Positions 26,916 to 39,093 of a stretch of DNA of 64,000 nucleotides are shown here, piece by piece (the stretch's first letter is position 1; every line of letters starts with the position of its first letter). The notes under the pieces are model-generated. The model was given only the letters and a program-made list of their open reading frames with translations. It was not told where the DNA came from and ran no database searches. Source of the DNA: Euprymna scolopes. Taxonomy: Eukaryota. The stretch lies in NCBI GenBank assembly GCA_053919585.1, contig CM132792.1. One strand, written 5' to 3'. Position numbers and translations under genes: made by a program.

Positions 26916-28399
26916 GTTTACAAACTACTCTGACTTGAAAACCGTTTGCACATACAACTTTTGCTGTTGATTAGATTATGGTTATAGGGAGGGGGAAAAT
27001 AAAAATTCAACATGAACATACTTTTCATGTTAGGAATGCATTATATTGCATGATGTGCATTGGCACAGATATATTGGATAAACTTTCTTTTGGGCCTTTA
27101 TTAAATTCTGCATCTTCCAATACCGAATGCCATTGCAACATGTTTGCAAGACAGCTGTTCATTCTGCATATGTTAATCTGGAATTTTACGATTTTTTTCA
27201 TCATTCATATTATTTTCAAATTCAATTTCTATATTTATTTTGTTCCTCCGGATAGTTTGAAAAAAAAAAAAATCTTTAAATATTTTCTTAGTATAAAGTA
27301 TTTTTTTTATTAATGGATTTTGACCAAAAAAAATGTTTTAGTTTTAACATAAGATAAATTTTTATCACATCCAAATGAGTTGTCATAAAGACAGTTTTAT
27401 GAATCAGCAACAACTGTTTTGAATCAAAGGAATTATTTGTTTGCAATATATGCAACTCCAAAATAAATTAATTTACAAATCTGTCAGATACAAAAAATGT
27501 ATAGTTTTGACATAAAATAAATTAACAATGGTCAACATGCTGAAAAATGTGTCTTGTTTTTTACATTAAATAACTCCAAAAGAGTTGATCGGCATGAAAC
27601 GAATTGCATCTATTTATCTATTCAAGATGTTTTATTCTAACCCAGAATTCTGACCATCTCATTTAAAGTTTGGTTGTATCTCTTGGTAGCATCTTGGATC
27701 AAGTTCCTCTTGCAGACAACAATTTCCTCATAAAAAGAAAAAAACCAAACAAAAACACTTCTTGTGCTTTAAGAAGAGATAAACCTATGTTCATATCACC
27801 CTCCCCTCTCTTTAGATCTTTTCTATTGATTTTTTTTTCTGCTGTGGAATAGTAATATTTCTATTGAGCTCTATGTAAAAGTCAGATTCTTATTCTATTC
27901 TTGTCATTCCCCATCTTTCATTGTAAGCATCTCTATTCTAAACACTACAAAAGACAACCACTTATGTTAAGTGCTTTCACAGAATAATCAGATTTATATT
28001 GCATGTTGCCCCCCCCCATCTATTGTACATAAAGCATTTATCTTCCAGATTTCCTTTCAGAAAGACAAAAACATTGTTTTAATTTTTCTTTTTAGTAAAT
28101 AATAAAAATAGTAAAAAGGTTTAAAGTTAAAACCATTTAAATTATTTTGTTGATTATGTGAAGCTCTGAGCATTTGACAGTTTTTCAACAAAAGAAGGGA
28201 ACAACAAAATGGTGTTGCTTACTTTTTACAAAAAGAAAAACATCTATAACCCCCCTCCCCAACTTTTTTTTTTTTTTGGTGTGTGCAACATCCATGATCT
28301 TGTGTTGAAATCAAAATTTTTCTGATTCATGGAAACATGAAAATTGAGTTGTTTTAAATTAGGTTAAGCTCTTCATTTATGTGAATAGATACCTGAGCT

Positions 28400-28640
28400 T
28401 TCAGTAACTTGGATTCCTCAACATGAGTATCTCCAACTGACCTAAAATAAATCCGACTCCTTCACTCCCCAAATGCCAGAAGGCTTTAATAGCTTTCTTC
28501 AGACTGCTAGTTTTTGGAATTTCGTTCCTACACCACCATACAGAAATTTAAATGTAATATGAACAAATATCCCCTCCCAATACGCTGTATGTATAGCCCC
28601 TTATTCACAGTAGCTCATTTCATCTCGATAATGTGCTTAG
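28400..28640 (+). mobile_element. 3' fragment of the CR1-group LINE family seen at 52.1-52.8 kb
   Basis: ccaaatgc.agaaggcttt...tggaattt...cagaaatttaaatgtaat (QKFKCN) matches the other copies. Confidence 0.55.
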
Positions 28641-28749
28641 TTTGGTGTGTGTGTGTGTGTGTGTGTTTAACCGTATTTTACTATTTCCATTCAATGCTGA
28701 TCAACATGAATAGCTACTTGTTAACCAATTGTATCTGATGATTACTAAC

Positions 28750-29095
28750 TCATCTGCTTTGATGTTGCATTCCAAACGTTGCCTCACAAAATCCAGGAAA
28801 GAACAAGTTATCCTATCCTGGCTATGCATAGGACGCACAAAACTCACACACTCTTTTTTTATTCTGATCAAACAATTACAACCAAAATGTAGCACATGCC
28901 AGACACACCCTTATAGAATGTGAAATACTAAAAAAAACTTAAAGTTTTTTTTTCAAAATTATGAACATCTATTTGAATATACTAATGTAGATCTTCAAAT
29001 TCCTAAAAGAGCTGAAAATATACAAGATCTCAATCAAGAAAAATAAAGAATCCCAACAAAAAACATAACTTGCCTTAAATAAATCGTAGAGGTTG
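28750..29095 (+). mobile_element. 3' fragment of an I-group (RNase H-bearing) LINE
   Basis: RKEQVILSWLCIGRTKLTHSF...QPKCSTCQT matches the R.EE..L.RLRIGHT.LTH...P.C..C C-terminal zinc-knuckle region; followed by an A-rich tract. Confidence 0.75.
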
Positions 29096-29252
29096 ATGGG
29101 TAAAAAAAAAAAAATAAATAAAAATAAAAATTGCATTTTTATTAAAAAGACAAAAACTAATTCTATTCCAATTCCAAACTTCTGTAAATGACTGCTGGTT
29201 CATATAATGCAGTTATTAAAGAACATACATATTTAAAATTCACTTGTGGAAG

Positions 29253-29760
29253 CTGTGGAAATTCCACAGTGGACTCTTTCATGCATAATATATTGATGTT
29301 GGCATTCTGTGAATGTTCAGCATAAATGGAAACACTCTGATATTATTGTAGCTCTTTTGTTAAGACTGGAAAAGTATTTATCTAAGCTAGCAGGGACGCC
29401 CGGCATAGCCCGGTTGTAAAATACACTTAAATATATTTTAATGTATGCAGATTTTATACATATTATTATAGTCAATTTTCTATCGATTCTTATAAAGTTG
29501 TGATTTCAAAAATAAAATAAAATATATCCATATGACTTGGGTGCATCAGCTTGAATCGAGACCAAAACTTATGAAGAAAAGAAATATATGCATATATAAC
29601 TTGACTTCCTTCAGGTATAATTGAAACCAAAACTTATGAAGAATTCTTGGTAAAATTATTCATTACAAGAAATAGGTCATAACGATTAAACGGCAGTCAC
29701 TCGGAAGAAAAAAAAAAGATGTAAGCTTGACACACAAGATAACACACGCTATCGTAGATA
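29253..29760 (+). mobile_element. Non-autonomous Helitron/Helentron-like repeat, copy B
   Basis: Aligns by eye with 11811-12377, including ctagcagggacgcccggcatagcccggt. Confidence 0.7.
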
Positions 29761-29768
29761 AGTCTATA

Positions 29769-29961
29769 ACCATTCCATTGTTCTGTCAGGACAACGGAAT
29801 GGACACCTTGTGAGGCTCAAGGGAATACCAAGAACGACGAGATGGGGGGACGACTTGTCACAACACAGGAGTTTCACATGGCACCGGATAGCTCGGACAG
29901 AGATAGATGGCTAAAGTCCAGGGAGGGGTTCCTCATTGAGTGATAAAATCCTTATTGATTG
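29769..29961 (+). mobile_element. 5'-truncated RTE-clade LINE 3' end with a 9-bp TSD
   Basis: Frameshifted TTEWTP...G.PR.RW.DDL...W.RIA.DRDRW...REGF; tail attgattg; flanked by aagtctata at 29760-68 and 29962-70. Confidence 0.75.
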
Positions 29962-31538
29962 AAGTCTATATCTATCTAGATACTACAACGCTGTAGGGAT
30001 GACTTGTTTTTGTGTACACTGGATAACATCATCCACTTAAACAGAATTGGAAGACACCAGGCAAATCACCAAGAGAAGACGCCATCAACTAAAATAGGTG
30101 ATTAGTGAACGCAGAATATTTGGAGATATTTAGTTCGTTTTTTTTGTTCAAAAAAGTATTCATAGTCACCTCCGAATCTGTAACGGATACCTCCATACAA
30201 AGAAAATATCACGTTTTATTTTAATGTGAAAATTACAAAAACATTAAAAGAAAATTATAGTTTCAGGGTTTGGAACAAAAGGGCGTTGGAAGCCCCCCCC
30301 CCCCCCAAACGCCAGGTGTGCCCCGAGGGAGTTAAAAATTGTATATTTTTCGAATATTATAAATGTCGGTTTATCAATTCAGTGCTGAAATCGGATTTCG
30401 ACTCCAAACTAAAACATAAAATGGTTCTTTTCCGGTTAATAGTCGTCACGTAATATCTTCCCCATGTTCGTTCATTCCTATAACTATCAATCAAGTCAGT
30501 GTCTTATTTTATTTTGAGGGGAAGGGGGTAGTATACTTTAGTTCGTCATGATAGCATCCTCGCAAGCGCGAGAAGTCTAGTATCTTTTCTACTGTCAGTA
30601 AAATATCCCGCAGGCATTACCTCCTCCTTTGGACGGGATAGAGTAGGAACAGTACAGTAATAAAATTTAGTGGCAGACACGAAACGGAAGAAGACGATTG
30701 TAAAAAAAAAAAAAAAGGTAAATATGAGGTTTCAGGCGGAAGGCAATATCGTTTCTGCTTCAATCTCGGGTCAATCCAAAGGATAAAAAAAAAAAAAATG
30801 GAGCAATAAGATGTATCCAAGTGTATTATGAATCAGAATTTTATTGCGACCCCCCGCCCTCTATCCCCCCATCGGTTTCACAAACAGTATGTACGCTCAG
30901 GTGGGCGTGTATTTGTGCTACATTGCTGGTAAATATTGTTTAAAAGACCGGATGTATGTGCTCATCTGTTGGTGTAAAGGAGGTAGAGAATAAGAAAGAT
31001 AAAGACAAATGTCAATCTTTGCTTTTCATGTTTTAGTAGAGATTTTTAAAAATAAAATAATAAAATTCCACTAAGATTCAAATAAAAACAATTAGTTCAT
31101 TATATTCCATGATCATTATTTGATAACTATTGAACATTTGATTAAAATTGGTAAATTTCCTGATTTTTGGTAAATTTTTAAGTAAAGGAAGGGGTCAAAA
31201 TGTTTATACATTTTGACCACCGGCTCTTCATTTTCCATGTACCTAAATGTAAAGTACAAAAATCCACTATAATGTAGTTAGATTTATTTGTAAACAAATC
31301 AGATATTTTAATTTTTATTAATACTTAGGGAAACTAAATTATTTTGTGACTTTGAAATTTGGAAACAGTTAAGCTGTTGAATAGAAAGTCATTTCTGGCT
31401 TAAAATTCAATGCAAAGAGAGGTGATAGATTGAATGAAAAAAAAAATGTCCTTTTAAGCAAAAACAATATTACTTACTGAATTGTCCATGTCGAAATATA
31501 TCCAAAAACGACAATTCATTGAGTACTAATGTACTATT

Positions 31539-31582
<44 letters not shown>

Positions 31583-32413
31583 CAGGACACCATTAATCTA
31601 AAATCTTCTTTCTCAGTTATGTGCTCTGTTTCTGCACTCTTCACTGTCTTCTCTAAAATATTTGTGAAAAATGCAATTTTCCTCAATTTTCTGTAAAAAT
31701 TATTTTTCATTATAACTAACTTTCTACTTGCTGAATTTTCATAATTTTTGGATATATTACTATTTTCTACATGGAAATTAGGTAATATTGTTTTTGCTTA
31801 AAAGAATATATTTAAAAAAAATTCATGTGTCACCTCTCTTTGAACAAGCACCAAAAATTCTTAACATATCCTCATTTGAAAGTTTTGAAAGTTATTTTTA
31901 TTTTTTTATTTTTAAAAAATTTTTTTTTACCTTTCTTACAACTCAACACTCACCTTTAAAATGACGATAGTTATAGGCTTTCGGATCTGCTGAAACTGAA
32001 TATCACATTTAAAACTGGGGCAGACAAATAGTTTTCCTGATATTAAGACTTTTATTAGTCAATGTAATGTTTGGTGGTCATGTTTGTTCGATCAGTTTTT
32101 GTGCGCAGACACAAAATTAATCTATCCAATAACAAAGATTAAAACATTACTTTAAGAAAATATAGTTTTTGTGCAAAATTGGTTCGATTAATAATTTAAT
32201 AACCATATGATACCATGATTAAACTCATACTAAAAGTCATATTAATAAAAAAAGAAGAAAAAATAAAATAAAATGAGCAGTGCTGGTTAGGTACAACATG
32301 TATATATATTTATTTATGGCTAGTATTTCCTCTCTTGCACTAAGGTGGGGGGGGGGTTGAAAAACCTGCACTCAAGTGGACGAACACTCTTAACTACAAA
32401 AAATTCTTGAACA

Positions 32414-32523
32414 GCCCTGTCGGCATACCCCAGTTGGAGCGCCTCAGGTGATTAGCAATAAACTAACCCCTTCTCAAAATATAAAAAATTAATCATTGGT
32501 AGGTGAACGTCATGGAACTGCAC
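32414..32523 (+). repeat. Dispersed repeat, copy B (copy A at 9557-9665)
   Basis: Same shared 21-mer and flanks. Confidence 0.8.
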
Positions 32524-35500
32524 AACTTGACAGAAACAAGGCCATCTAGCTTTTAAATGGACTCTGTCATACTGATTGTTGAAGATATGTTGTTGACTTT
32601 GTATGAACAGATGCAGCTGAATCTCTTGATCTTGTTTGCATCTTATCACTCTGCATACTCGATGACATCACAAAGAGGTGGATGAAGTCATAAAGCCACC
32701 ATTCATTCTTTATGACTTCATCCATTTTCAATTAAACGAATGAAGTGCTTGATGGCCCTGTACCTAATTTTACCATGCATATAATAATTTCTATATTTCA
32801 TCGATATTCAACACAGGATTGATATATAAATGAATATGTACAGAAAATTATTGTAAGTAAAAAAAATATTTGCAAATTCTAAATGTTTTTTTTCTATAAA
32901 TATAGATGATATTACAAAATGGGCTTGATTTTTATTATAATCTATAACAAATATTGACTCAAACAAGTCATGGATAGTTTAGTAAGTTTAGATGTGGTTG
33001 TTTGTCATCGTGCACACTTCAGTGGAAGTTGTAAGAGAAATGGATGTTACAAATTGATATCAGAAATAGAGGAGTCAGAAGGGAGTAATAGTGGTTCTGT
33101 TTGTTTTTTTTTTTATTTGGTAATTTTTTGTCTAACCCTTCTTGGCTTATTTATCCACCAACGTTCCCATGAGAGTCGGACATGACACGAGATTGAGCCC
33201 CAATCTAGGTCAGGCCATCAGAATAATTCACTCAACACATTTATTTTCAAGTAACTACTGTCTTGTAGAAATATTATCAATGTCATATTTAATATCTATA
33301 ATGAATACTGACTCAGTGGGTCACTTGTTTAATAGATGTGTGCATATGTGTGTGTTCAAGTCATATGGCGTCGTGGCAATCGGCTTGGCATCCCTTATCG
33401 AGTTCTTTCAGCTATTGCATCATTTTCACTAATATCTTTTGAGAACGGTAATAATCCATATATGTTCCTCAAGCTTAGCTTTTGCGACTGGTCTAAAAGA
33501 AAGAAAGCCTGGAACAAACACCAGTCTTTCTCTGCTCATACTAGTATTATTTCCAGGAATGCTGGTTCAGAATGTGTGCTTGAGGAATGCACAAACCTGT
33601 CTCTCAAAACTGAAAGTTGACTTAAAATACAGATGCAATACAACTTTCTGGCACCTTTGGATCTTTGTCAAATTTACTTTTTTGACAAACCATGAACACC
33701 GTCTCATCACCACAACCGTAACCTATCAATTATACATCAAACATCTCTCTAAACCAAAATACAATTGTCATTAAAAAAAAATTTTTTTTATTAGTTTAAC
33801 CCTTCCTGTGATGAAAATAAACCTATTTTCCAATCCAACCATATAAATAGTTTAATTTAAGCAAATAAGATAGAATCTCAAAATAAAGATAGAATCTCAA
33901 AATAAAGGGAGACTACCAGTTACAAGTGCAGTGTAAAAAAAGCAAAATTATCTTGTATCATACACAGTTGTTGATCGCTCAATAAACTAGGATAACTACA
34001 ACGGGATTATCAAGTTCAGTTCTCTTGTGATGTTTATTGTCTGGTTTAAAAAGACGTGCTGGAATATCAGTTGCTGGAAAATTGGTTCTGTATGTGTGTG
34101 TGTGCATAATCTGTTTTTGCTTTTATAAAGTTTACCATGATAATTCTTTGTTGAAAAACTATCCTTTTCAGAAAGTATATCCTGATTTTGTCTTCATGGG
34201 AAACAAATTTTTTTGTTAAAAATCCTTTTCTTTTTCTGTCAAATTTTAAATATCCAATTACTTACTATTCTCTTCAGACATATTTACAAAATGAGCGTCT
34301 CGTAAAACAAGACGGATATCTTGTCCAAGTAATTCCATGCATAACTGCACCCTACAAGCTAAAAAATAAGAATGATCTAAACTCCTTTTACTCTATTATC
34401 AAGAATATCTGAAAAAAAAAAGAAGAAAAATCTTATAAAAATTTAAGCTTTTTTTTTCCTTTTTTTTCTCCCCTAAAAACTTGAATTCTGTAAATACAGT
34501 TTTTAATGCCCCACGCCCCCACGCCCCATGAAAATGTTTGTGTTGAGCAAAAAGCCGAAATTTTACCAAAATTAAATACTTTTATATAAGTTTATTTAAT
34601 AAATAAATAAATGAACTTTTGTTACAAAAGAAATCTTCCCATCTCCTCTCTCATTCCCTGATTATAAGATACCCATTAAGAGAAGTTGTATTTTTAAATT
34701 TATTCAATTTGCTTTTTGTCATTGGGTGGACACTTAAACAATTGCCGAGAATTTCAAACGTTAATGTATCCTTTTTATACACTTTTTTTTTTTTTTTTTT
34801 TTGTAATTTTATTTAAATTATGATACAATTTACTTTAAAATGAAATTAAAACCGATTAAAAATATATGGGTTATTATATTAAGGGTATGTTTTCATCAAA
34901 ATTTAACTTGAATAAAAATTGACACGTCAGTATTTGTCTATTAAATTAAAGGTTTCCTTTTAGAATTGGCTACAAATGTTAGTATTTTGGCAACACTTTT
35001 GTTCTATCTGTACCATTCTTGACTAAATAATAATCTTAATTTGATGTGAAATTAATCTTTGCTTATCTATTAGGATTAGAATTAAAACAGTTCCGACTCT
35101 GATTCCGACTGTGTTGAATACTTGGAGGAAAAAAAAAAATCTGATTCCAAATCTTAGTATTCTTACAAGTCTAGTCCTGATATTTCTCAAAAGCTGTGAC
35201 TCTAAAACTTTGTTATGTTATTGATATATTTAAAACATTTGAAAAAATAATTATTGGAATAATTTACTTTTATGAGTTGATTTTATAAATAAAATTATGT
35301 TATTGTGTCTTTTGGGCTTTTTTTAATGCCAATAATTTTATATCTTAACTATTTTTGTTTTAAATAAGTTAAAATTCTACATTAAATTGTTAAATGAAAA
35401 TTCACATGCTGAGAATTGTTTGATATTTGTTCAATATTTCAAATGTTTAACTGGTTGGAGTATGATTGGATATGTCATCAATGAGATATTGTGCTAAATC

Positions 35501-38251
35501 TATCGGAATCCCTGCTTATTTCGGTATAATTTCATACAAACTATGTGATTAGATGCAGGTCACAAATAAGTATTAGCTTAAGCTAATCATCTTAAAACCT
35601 TTTCATTTAGCCCTTAAAGCAAACTACCGACTCTTGTTCATTTCAGTTTGCACACATTTACACTTTTTTTATAACAACGTCGTTTGGTTTGAAGGCATCC
35701 ATTTTGTTTATTAAAATCTGTTGATATATGTACTATTCAATGAAATCAAGTGCAATATCTGTTCTGTTGGAGGAGAGGAATTTTTTATGTTGTTCCATTC
35801 AGTGTCCTGTTTTGGGTACTGGATTTCCTCCCCTTCTCTCCCTCTCTCACACTCACACACCACAAAACTAGCTTGTGTCTAATTTTGCCCTCATTGAGAA
35901 GCAAGTAAATAGGGACACATAAGAGGTGCTATTAAATAATTTCAAGCTATTGAATTCGTAGACATTTTATTTTCATCATATCTATTTTTATATTATATTT
36001 ATTTTAGAATTCAATCAAGAGAACATCTCTTAAATATGTGTTACCTAAAAACTAAATATTACAGTATTTCTCTATGGATTACCATTTTTTCCCTTTAATA
36101 TAAATTGGACTGCCTTTCTCTAATGAATATTCTTTAATTGCATTAGCATCATCTCGGCTTTTGAATGGTTACTAATTTCCTATTTGCTAAGCGATCTCTT
36201 GTCAGCTTGACATAAAAACTGCTGATTATTATTCAGTGACACTTGTAAGCTATTATTATTATTATAACATTGCTGTTTCATGCGTTCACTGTTCTTTTGT
36301 TTGACATTGCTATGAAACCATTATTTATATTTGACATCAGCTATAACAAAGCAATGCATTTGATTTAACTGTTTTTGTTTCTCTTTTCATGTAGGTGTTT
36401 CTTTTATAAACATCCGGACATGACAATAACCGTTTTATTTTATTTTTATAGTGTATCATACTTTGGTGTAGGTATTCGACCAGTTATAAACTCTTAGAAT
36501 ATCAATGAATTTTACTAACAAATAAGTATTCTTTTTGTCCCCAAATTATTTTTTTAAATTAGGATTTTGAATATGAAATTTAATTATTATAGCATTGTTT
36601 TTGTTTTAAATTATTAATGGAATGAAATTATTATAATGCTATGATTGTGTCATTAGGGTAATGCTATTCAAATTTATACTGAATATAAATAACTCCTAAA
36701 ACTTTCAATCTTTTTAATGAGGATTTGTTAAGAATTTTAAAGCGACTTTAATTTGCAATCTGACAATTTGAATCAATGTTTCCAAATTCCTTTCAAATTT
36801 TGAAGGGTCAACTTTTATTTTTTTTCGTTTCTTTTAGTATTTTTACACTTATATGTTTGATACATTCTCATAATATCATTAAAATAGACATTTTATAATG
36901 TATTATGTTTATGCAATCACAGAATATTTCAATGTTTTTGATGTTTTACCACATTTTTTATGTTTTGTGCATCTAATTCTTACACACTTTTGTTATTACA
37001 AAAAAACATTTTTATATACTTTTATTAAAATAAAAGCCATTTTTTTTTTATCGAATCAGCCCCACATGTACTAACATGTGAAACAGACGTTCAACTGAAC
37101 ATAACGGTGATAGTGGGTACTTGCAACAAAAACTATCTTTAAAAGATTAAAAAAAAAAACATTTTTTTTTTCATGGCGGGGTAAATGTAAAGAAACCCAC
37201 ATTGGTCTAATGGATGTTGTTGCAGACTATGAAATCTGAAATGCCAAGTTCAAATCTTATTTAGTTTAAGTATACAGTCGTTTCATCAACAAACCGATGA
37301 AACAACTCATTTTTAGTGGGTTTTGTTTTGGCATTAAATCACCACAAAATGTTTATCTTGTGGACACTTAAATATTTATTGACTTGTTATAAATTATTCA
37401 AACATATGACATTATATAAAAAGCATAGAAATGTTTTTGAAATTTCTTGACTTTTATTTCTAATACTAATAATTGATTTGTTTCATTTACTTCTTTTCTT
37501 ATGTGATTCTACATTGCAATTGTTTTTAGAGCATATAAAACATAAGTTCTGTATTCTTCCATATAATTGCAAACAATCTCTAAAACATTGCTAAAAACTT
37601 TACGGATTCATCCATTAGAAAAATAATTTATTTTTGAGGAATATCCAATATGTTTTCTTCATCCCTCCTTAACACAAGTACTGAACCAGCAATAACAATA
37701 TGTCAATAATCATCTTTTAACCTTTTTCATTCATTTCTTTACATACTGCCTGAAATCATTTTCTTTGATTTGTTTTCGAATATTTCTATTTATCTCTTGC
37801 TGCCCTCTATCACAAAAAAACAAAAAACAAACTCTTTTGGCTTCAACATGAACACTTTGTTTCTTATCAATCTGCAAGAACAATTTGGATAAATCGTCTT
37901 TTTATCTAGCACTAATCATGTTTGCAAATATTGTGGAATTATGATACAGATCAGTCTGACATTTGCTTGGTTCTGTTCAGTTCTAAGGTCTCCACTCTCT
38001 CAAGCACTCCTTTCTTAAAAAGGAGGTTATTGCTAATCGCCTGAGGCATTCATATTGGGGAATGCTGACAGGTCTGCTTATACAAAATCTGTTCTCTTGA
38101 TAAGCATGTTAGAGTGCTGATGATACAACATTTGCTGTTTTTTATTTGTAGAATTTATTTTGGTTAAAATGTTTGTCTTCACTGTGTTCTATATGTATAT
38201 ATATGTATATATATATATGTATATATGTATACACACACACACACATACATA

Positions 38252-39093
38252 CAAGGTGGAATGATAAATTTGTCGCCCTAAAGAAAACAACACTAAAGCT
38301 TTATTTTAAAACTTTTATTGAAAAAAAAAAAATCAAATCAGGTGACTTGATTATGTAGTAGAGCTGACATCTATTCAATGTAGCCACCTTCAGCTTCAAT
38401 CATCACCTCAATATGGGTCTAGAACTGGGAGCATGCCTTTTACTCAAGTGCTGGCGTGATGTCGGTGGATGCTGGCGATCTGGCTGGCTTTGGTATTGTG
38501 GGAGGTCATGTTGGTGATATTCTCAACGTATGACTAAACAAAGTAGTCCAGTGGGTTCAGGTTGAGGGAGGAAGCGGGGCAGTGAGAGAAAGGTACAGTC
38601 ATAACATTCTTTCTGAGGTAAAGCCTGGGTCTCTTTGGACTTGTGGGGGTGTCGTTGAGTCTTGCTGGGTTTGCCAGCGGCTACCAGATTGCACCAGGAG
38701 ATCACCACACTCCTCAGTACATCCAGGCATACTTTGGTGTCAACTTTCAAGTGGATCTCACTTGAAACCACATCAAAGACCATAACCATGCCCAAAAACT
38801 TTGTTGAGCTTTGCCTTCAAGCGTTGAACCATTCAAATTTGCATTTTGAGGGTACGGGCAATAGTCCGGTTGTCATAACTTGGATTGGCATGAGTTGTAA
38901 AGCAGTGCATTTCTGATCTCGCCCGTTGAACATTATGCCGCTTTCAGACATGACAGAAGGCTCCTATTGAGATTTGTACACAACTGCTCAACTAGTAGTC
39001 TGCTACAAAAAAAAAAGAAAACTGGTTTTCATCAAATGGGAATGGAATCATGTCGTCTTTTCTAGAGCGACAATTTTATTGTGTCCCACCCTG
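38252..39093 (-). mobile_element. Internally deleted Tc1/mariner (DD37D/maT-like) transposon
   Basis: Imperfect TIRs caaggtggaatgataaatttgtcgccctaaagaaa / tctagagcgacaattttattgtgtcccaccctg, both flanked by TA. Minus strand gives VMVFDVVSSE, PASSLNLNPLDYFV and IEVMIEAEGGYIE*. Confidence 0.9.

Noticed and set aside
13400-28000. Numerous 60-110 aa Phe/Ile/Lys-rich ORFs
   Set aside because: Composition reflects AT-rich non-coding DNA and homopolymer runs; no domain or splice support.
33430-33750. Possible L1/Tx1 LINE C-terminal fragment and overlapping 94-111 aa ORFs
   Set aside because: Motif resemblance too weak to call; the + strand ORFs have no recognisable domain.
37195-37262. tRNA-like segments (also ~16190-16220, 45670-45730, 51820-51890)
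   Set aside because: Only degenerate A/B-box-like motifs and no cloverleaf; better explained as SINE heads.
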